A DNA stretch of 32,332 nt from contig JANLSU010000016.1 in assembly GCA_031362565.1 (NCBI GenBank), positions 1 through 32,332 of the forward strand, written 5' to 3'. Every line of letters starts with the position of its first letter. Position 1 is the first letter of the stretch. Shown here piece after piece: positions 27,774 through 32,332 of this stretch. A model generated the notes under the pieces. The model was not told the origin of the DNA. It made no database searches and worked only from the letters and a program-made list of their open reading frames with translations. The position numbers and the translations under genes were made by a program. This DNA comes from a bacterium. GTDB taxonomy: Bacteria; Krumholzibacteriota; Krumholzibacteriia; G020349025.

Positions 27774-28567
27774 GAGCTCGAGCTTGCGGCAAGGCGCGCC
27801 AAGAAGTCGCCACCCAATCCGGCGCGGACGCGGTCGATCTGGTTCATTTCGTCGCCGCGCATCACGATGGGCGAAAGCGGCGGCGGCAGATGCGCCCGCC
27901 AGGCGTCGAAATCGAGATCGCCCGTGAAACGCCGGAACCAATGGGCGGCAAAGCGGACATGGCGGATCTCTTCAGCGCCAACGGTTTCGACGATCACGGC
28001 ACCGGCCACGTCACCGGCATCGCGAAACAGACGGGCGAAGCGTTCCGAGTGATCCAGATTGCCGCCCTCGAACCCGACGCCCATGACCGCCACGAAGTGC
28101 GCTGCCGTTGTCGCCGCCGGCACCCGGTCCCAGAACCAATCGCGCACCGTAAAGTCGCCGTAGGCGACGCCGCAGGTCCGCAGATAGTCGGCATAGAGCC
28201 GCATGTGGCGCATTTCCTCCCGGCAGATGGCCAGGAGGCCGCGGCGAAACGTCGCCGGTGTGTCGGGGAAGGCCAAAATGGCCCACGCCATGAGTTCGGC
28301 AGCCTGCAATTCGTGATGCACGAAGGTATGAACGATGCGCGCCCGCCCGAGCACATGCTGCAATGCGCCGGGCCCCGGAAACTTGCGGGCCTTGCGCGCG
28401 GCGCGCAGTGCCGCCGGCCGGCCGGGCCATGCGACACGGCGCACCGGCGGCTCTACTTCCCAACGCCGCGGCAGCGGCGGCGGCTCGAGCTTATGGCCGA
28501 GGTCCGTGGTCGCGATGTAGTCCCACAACCAGCGTTCGACGGTGTCTTGTGGTGGTGTTTCGAGCAT
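27770..28567 (-). CDS. Ferritin-like diiron-carboxylate protein (DUF455 family)
   Basis: HTFVHHELQAAELMAWA, EEMRH, FEGGNLD and EEIRHVRFAAHWF (paired ExxH) motifs. Confidence 0.85.
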   Translation of the reverse strand: MLETPPQDTVERWLWDYIATTDLGHKLEPPPLPRRWEVEPPVRRVAWPGRPAALRAARKARKFPGPGALQHVLGRARIVHTFVHHELQAAELMAWAILAFPDTPATFRRGLLAICREEMRHMRLYADYLRTCGVAYGDFTVRDWFWDRVPAATTAAHFVAVMGVGFEGGNLDHSERFARLFRDAGDVAGAVIVETVGAEEIRHVRFAAHWFRRFTGDLDFDAWRAHLPPPLSPIVMRGDEMNQIDRVRAGLGGDFLARLAASSSS

Positions 28568-28603
28568 GCCTGCATGGTAGCCGACTACAAGCGCCGGCGA
28601 TAC

Positions 28604-29212
28604 TCACGCCTTCTTCTGCAAGACCCACGTCGTCATGCAGCGCAGATCCTGGACGTTCGTCGTCTTGAGCGGGTCGAGCCATACCGCACCGAGCCGCTCC
28701 GCAGCCGCGTTCAGAAAGGCCGCATCCACCAGAAACCGGTCCGAGCCATCCGGCAACCCATACCATCGGCTATGGTGTTTGATCACCCGCGCCTCAAGGC
28801 CGATCGTCGAAGCCAACCGCGCAAAGAACACCCCACCCGGCCGCAGCACCCGCCACAGCTCATCGAACATCGCCGCAAAGTGTTCCTCATCTCGCGCAAA
28901 GTGCAGTAAGGCATTGCACAGAACCGCGTCAAAGCGCGCCGTGGCAAATGGCATGGACGCCACGTCTGCAACCGCGAAGTTTTGCGGCGACAAATGCGGC
29001 GCCAGCTCACGCGCCAGCCGCTGCACCGCGTCGATGGCGGCAGGGTCCGTGTCGACCCCAAACACCTCATAGCCATTGCGCAGAAAGTACGTCAAGTTGC
29101 GGCCACCCCCGCACCCCGCATCCAACAAACTGGCCCCCGGCGCAAAACGTCCGCGCAGCAACTGGTCGAACACATAGATATCAATACTGCCAAACTGGTC
29201 CCGCAGATTCAT
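28604..29212 (-). CDS. Class I SAM-dependent methyltransferase
   Basis: LLDAGCGGGRN, VFGVD, FDAVLCNALLHFA and WRVLRPGG motifs. Confidence 0.92.
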   Translation of the reverse strand: MNLRDQFGSIDIYVFDQLLRGRFAPGASLLDAGCGGGRNLTYFLRNGYEVFGVDTDPAAIDAVQRLARELAPHLSPQNFAVADVASMPFATARFDAVLCNALLHFARDEEHFAAMFDELWRVLRPGGVFFARLASTIGLEARVIKHHSRWYGLPDGSDRFLVDAAFLNAAAERLGAVWLDPLKTTNVQDLRCMTTWVLQKKA

Positions 29213-29274
29213 TCCAACCCCAATGTGATAGCCACCCGCTACGATACCACGCCCCCCAAACGTGGGTTTCAGGC

Positions 29275-29471
29275 CCGATTCCGATTCCGATTAGTCGCAC
29301 GTCTTCGGAGGTGTGCGACCCCCCGACGGCTTGGTTAACGGGCTCGCGCATCTAATTTGCGCGCGAAGCGCGCGGCGCGGCCCGTTCTGTCTGAGCCGGC
29401 GGGGGGTCGCACGCCTCTGAAGACCCCCACGCTCCAGCAATTGGCCCGCTCCGCGTGGTTGGAGCGCGGGG
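29275..29471. repeat. Intergenic structured element: (CCGATT)x3, a 124 nt imperfect inverted repeat and a second hairpin
   Basis: Arms 29301-29334 and 29391-29424 pair at 29/34 Watson-Crick positions; inner AACGGGC/GCCCGTT and GCGCGC-GAA-GCGCGC stems; second stem 29425-29438/29458-29471. Confidence 0.8.
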
Positions 29472-29531
29472 TGCGAGCACGGAGATGCGAGTGCGACTAC
29501 GAGTGCGGGGGGTGCCGGATCCGATCCGAAT

Positions 29532-32030
29532 TCAGTGCGTGGTGCCGACCGGAGTCCGGCCGACCGGCGCGCGGCCCGTCGATTGGCGCTGTCCCGCGCG
29601 GGGCCGGACGCGGACGCGGCTGCGGGAAGAACTGCGAAACGCGACCTCGAGGACGTCGTCCATGTGTGCCACCGGGATGATCTCGAGCGCGTCGCGAACG
29701 AACGCCGGCAAATCTTGTAAGTCCTTGGCGTTGTCCTGCGGCACGAGCAGCGTTTTGACGCCGGCCCGCAATGCCGCAACCGCTTTCTCGTTCAGGCCGC
29801 CGATGGGCAGCGCCTTGCCGCGCAACGTGATCTCGCCGGTCATGGCGACCTGGCGATTCACCGGTTGGCCGCTGGCAAGAGACGCGATCGCGGTGGCGAT
29901 CGCAAGGCCGGCACTGGGTCCGTCCTTGGGAATAGCGCCATCCGGCACGTGCACGTGCACGTCCATGCGATCGAAGACTTCCGGCTTGATGCCGAGCCGC
30001 CTGGCCACCGAGCGGACGTAGGACAGCGCCGCACGCGCCGATTCCTTCATGACGTCGCCCAACTGGCCGGTCAAAATGAGCTCGCCCTTGCCGGTCATCA
30101 TGCTGACCTCGATCGGCAGGATCTCGCCGCCGGTCGACGTCCAAGCGAGCCCCGTGACGACCCCGACTTCGTCCGTGGCCGGTACTTCCTTGCCCAAATA
30201 CAGCGGCGTCGAGAGATAGCGTCCGACGTCGCCGCCGTCGACACGCACGATGTCGACGCCAACGCGTTTTGCCTTGGCGCGACGGGTTTCGCCCGGGCGC
30301 CCGCGGCGCGGTGCCGCCGGCGCCGCGGCGATACTGCGCGCCACCTTGCGGCACAAGCGCCCGATCTCGCGTTCGAGCGCCCGCACTCCGGCCTCGCGCG
30401 TGTAGCCGCGCACGATGGTTTCGAGCGCCGTGTCGGTCAGCAGCAAGCGCCCCGCCGGAATGCCGCTCTCGCGCAGTTGCTTGTCGACCAGGTGCCGGCG
30501 GGCGATGGCGATCTTTTCATGCTCCAGATAACCCGGCAGCCCAATCAGCTCCATACGGTCGAGAAGTGCCGGCGGAATCGTGTGCGTGACGTTCGCAGTG
30601 GTAATGAACAACACGTTCGAAAGGTCGAACCCGACTTCCAAGTAGTGGTCGCTGAAGTTGGCGTTCTGTTCCGGATCGAGCGCCTCGAGCAAGGCAGCCG
30701 ACGGATCGCCGCGAAAATCGCGCCCCAGCTTGTCGATTTCGTCGAGCAAGAAAACCGGATTGTTGCTGCCGCACCGCCGCAACGATTGCACGATGCGGCC
30801 GGGCATCGAGCCGATGTAGGTGCGCCGGTGGCCACGAATCTCCGCCTCGTCGTGCACCCCGCCCAGTGACAACCGGACGAACTTGCGGCCGAGCGTGTTG
30901 GCGATCGACCGGGCGAGCGACGTCTTCCCGACGCCCGGAGGTCCCACCAGGCACAGGATGGGGCCGCGGAACTCGTGGGTGAGTTTCGCCACCGCCAAGA
31001 ACTCGAGGATCCGGTCCTTTACTTTTTCGAGGCCGTAGTGATCGGCGTCGAGGTGCTGCTGGGCGCGACCCAGGTCGAGCTTGTCGCGGGTGGCGCGCTT
31101 CCACGGCAGGCTGGACAGCGTCTCCAAATACGTGCGCACCACGGTGGCTTCCGGTGACAGCGGCGCCATGCGCGCCAACCGGTCGAGTTCCTTGAATGCC
31201 GTCTCTTGTGCTTCATCGCTCATCCGCGCCTTGTCGATGGCGGCACGCAAGTCATCGGTTTCGTTGCCGCCCGACTCCCCGTGTCCCAGTTCCTTGCGAA
31301 TGGCTTTCAACTGCTCGTTCAGGTACAGCTCTTTCTGATTCTTCTTCACCTGGCTCTTGATCTCGCCATCGATCTTGCGCTCGATCTTGAGGATTTCGAG
31401 TTCCTCGGTGAGCACCTGGCCCAAGAGCCGGAAACGCGTCGCCAAATCGACGCTCTCCAGAATGCGCTGCTTGACGGTGACCTTGCTGATCACGTTGGCG
31501 GCGATGGTGTCCGAGAGCATGGAAGGAACCTCGATGCCGACGACCGACATCAGGACCTCGTCCGGCACGCGCTTGTTGATACGCACGTACTCGGAAAACT
31601 GGGTGGCGGCGCTGCGCTGCAGCGCTTCGACCTCGGGTGTACGGCCCTCGACATCGTCGAGCACCTGAATCTTGGCGCGCATCGCGTCGTCGTCGCCTTT
31701 GACGAGCCGCGACAGCCGCGCCCGCACGACACCCTGGATGAGCACCTTGAGGGTCCCGTCCGGAAGGCGCAGCAGCTGCAGCACCCGGCTCACGGTTCCC
31801 ATGCGGAAAACGTCGTCGAGGCCTGGTTCGGCGACATCCGGAGCGCGCTGGGCGGTGACGAAGATGAGTTTGTCGCCGGCCATGGCGGTCTGCAGTGCGG
31901 CGACCGACGCCGGACGCCCCACGAGCAGCGGGATGATCATGTGCGGGAACACAACCACGTCCCGCAATGGCAGGTGTGGCAGCGTTTCGCCGATCTCGAG
32001 GTCGCCGTCTTCGCGGTGAATCGTTGCCAT
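29532..32030 (-). CDS. lon: ATP-dependent Lon protease (endopeptidase La)
   Basis: LPLRDVVVFP, DHYGLEKVKDRI, GPPGVGKTS, LLDEIDK, PKDGPSAG (Ser) and IGGLNEK (Lys) motifs. Start at ATG 32030; the ORF-track extension to 32201 runs into the intron. Confidence 0.97.
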   Translation of the reverse strand: MATIHREDGDLEIGETLPHLPLRDVVVFPHMIIPLLVGRPASVAALQTAMAGDKLIFVTAQRAPDVAEPGLDDVFRMGTVSRVLQLLRLPDGTLKVLIQGVVRARLSRLVKGDDDAMRAKIQVLDDVEGRTPEVEALQRSAATQFSEYVRINKRVPDEVLMSVVGIEVPSMLSDTIAANVISKVTVKQRILESVDLATRFRLLGQVLTEELEILKIERKIDGEIKSQVKKNQKELYLNEQLKAIRKELGHGESGGNETDDLRAAIDKARMSDEAQETAFKELDRLARMAPLSPEATVVRTYLETLSSLPWKRATRDKLDLGRAQQHLDADHYGLEKVKDRILEFLAVAKLTHEFRGPILCLVGPPGVGKTSLARSIANTLGRKFVRLSLGGVHDEAEIRGHRRTYIGSMPGRIVQSLRRCGSNNPVFLLDEIDKLGRDFRGDPSAALLEALDPEQNANFSDHYLEVGFDLSNVLFITTANVTHTIPPALLDRMELIGLPGYLEHEKIAIARRHLVDKQLRESGIPAGRLLLTDTALETIVRGYTREAGVRALEREIGRLCRKVARSIAAAPAAPRRGRPGETRRAKAKRVGVDIVRVDGGDVGRYLSTPLYLGKEVPATDEVGVVTGLAWTSTGGEILPIEVSMMTGKGELILTGQLGDVMKESARAALSYVRSVARRLGIKPEVFDRMDVHVHVPDGAIPKDGPSAGLAIATAIASLASGQPVNRQVAMTGEITLRGKALPIGGLNEKAVAALRAGVKTLLVPQDNAKDLQDLPAFVRDALEIIPVAHMDDVLEVAFRSSSRSRVRVRPRAGQRQSTGRAPVGRTPVGTTH

Positions 32031-32193
32031 GCGCCCGGGCCATCCTCTCGTTGCGAAGAGGCCTTGCGCAAGAGACGTGCCCGGGTCCGAGCGGCGCGTC
32101 TGGGCTCCACACGCCGCCCGCAACCGCCGCCAGAGCAACGCAATCCGGGAAGTCGGGCCGGCGGCGCCGCGTGCCAATGCAAGAGGCGGCCGA

Positions 32194-32332
32194 AACGGCA
32201 TAGGGGTGGATCGGGCTCGGCCGATCCATCCCCTGCCACACCACCCGGCATGCGGGTCCGCACCGGGCGGTTCGAGCGGTTGAGGTCACGCGGCGAGCCG
32301 GGGCAGCCCAAGCTCGTCGAAGATCGAGTTCG
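32194..32332 (-). mobile_element. 3' end of a group II intron (class IIC-like): end of ORF, domain V and domain VI
   Basis: Minus strand GAACCGCCCGGTGCGGACCCGCATGCCGGGTGGTGTG (DV with CGC triad, about 32273-32237), then GGCAGGGG-ATGGATCGG..CCGATCCA-CCCCT-A-TGCC (DVI with bulged A at 32201). Confidence 0.92.
32286..32332 (-). CDS. C-terminus of a group II intron reverse transcriptase/maturase (partial)
   Basis: ..NSIFDELGLPRLAA* ends just before DV and resembles class C IEP termini, with no endonuclease domain. Confidence 0.75.
   Translation of the reverse strand, partial: NSIFDELGLPRLAA

Noticed and set aside
29275..29531. CRISPR array or attC cassette interpretation of the repeats
   Set aside because: No regularly spaced direct repeats with unique spacers, no cas or integron integrase, and no clear RYYYAAC/GTTRRRY ends.
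32031..32201. 57 aa N-terminal extension of Lon in the ORF track
   Set aside because: Its ATG lies within intron domain VI; Lon homology begins at ATG 32030.

Overview
High-GC bacterial chromosomal segment. Secreted proteins carrying FlgD-Ig-like or 'WxxxKxL[YF]R' C-terminal tags suggest an FCB-related candidate phylum such as Krumholzibacteriota, Eisenbacteria or Latescibacterota (inference). Left to right: a 3'-truncated DnaE (Pol III alpha)-family gene missing from the ORF track, with all three catalytic aspartates substituted; a GT-C glycosyltransferase; a TauE/SafE exporter; two convergent cohesin-containing secreted proteins; an ABC-permease relic; AraC plus a DUF6265-like gene; a uup-like ABC-F ATPase; a membrane protein; tRNA-Lys(UUU); purA with an apparent AUU start; a small CxxCH/temptin-like protein; serA; a class V aminotransferase; engB; a YVTN beta-propeller/di-heme cytochrome c; a TetR + hcrCAB-like molybdoenzyme + MocA-like operon; a methyltransferase / DUF455 ferritin-like / ATP-grasp-like trio; a long intergenic hairpin element; lon; and the 3' end of a class IIC group II intron at the right edge. 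No CRISPR array or rRNA was seen. All family assignments come from motif recognition by eye, not database searches.
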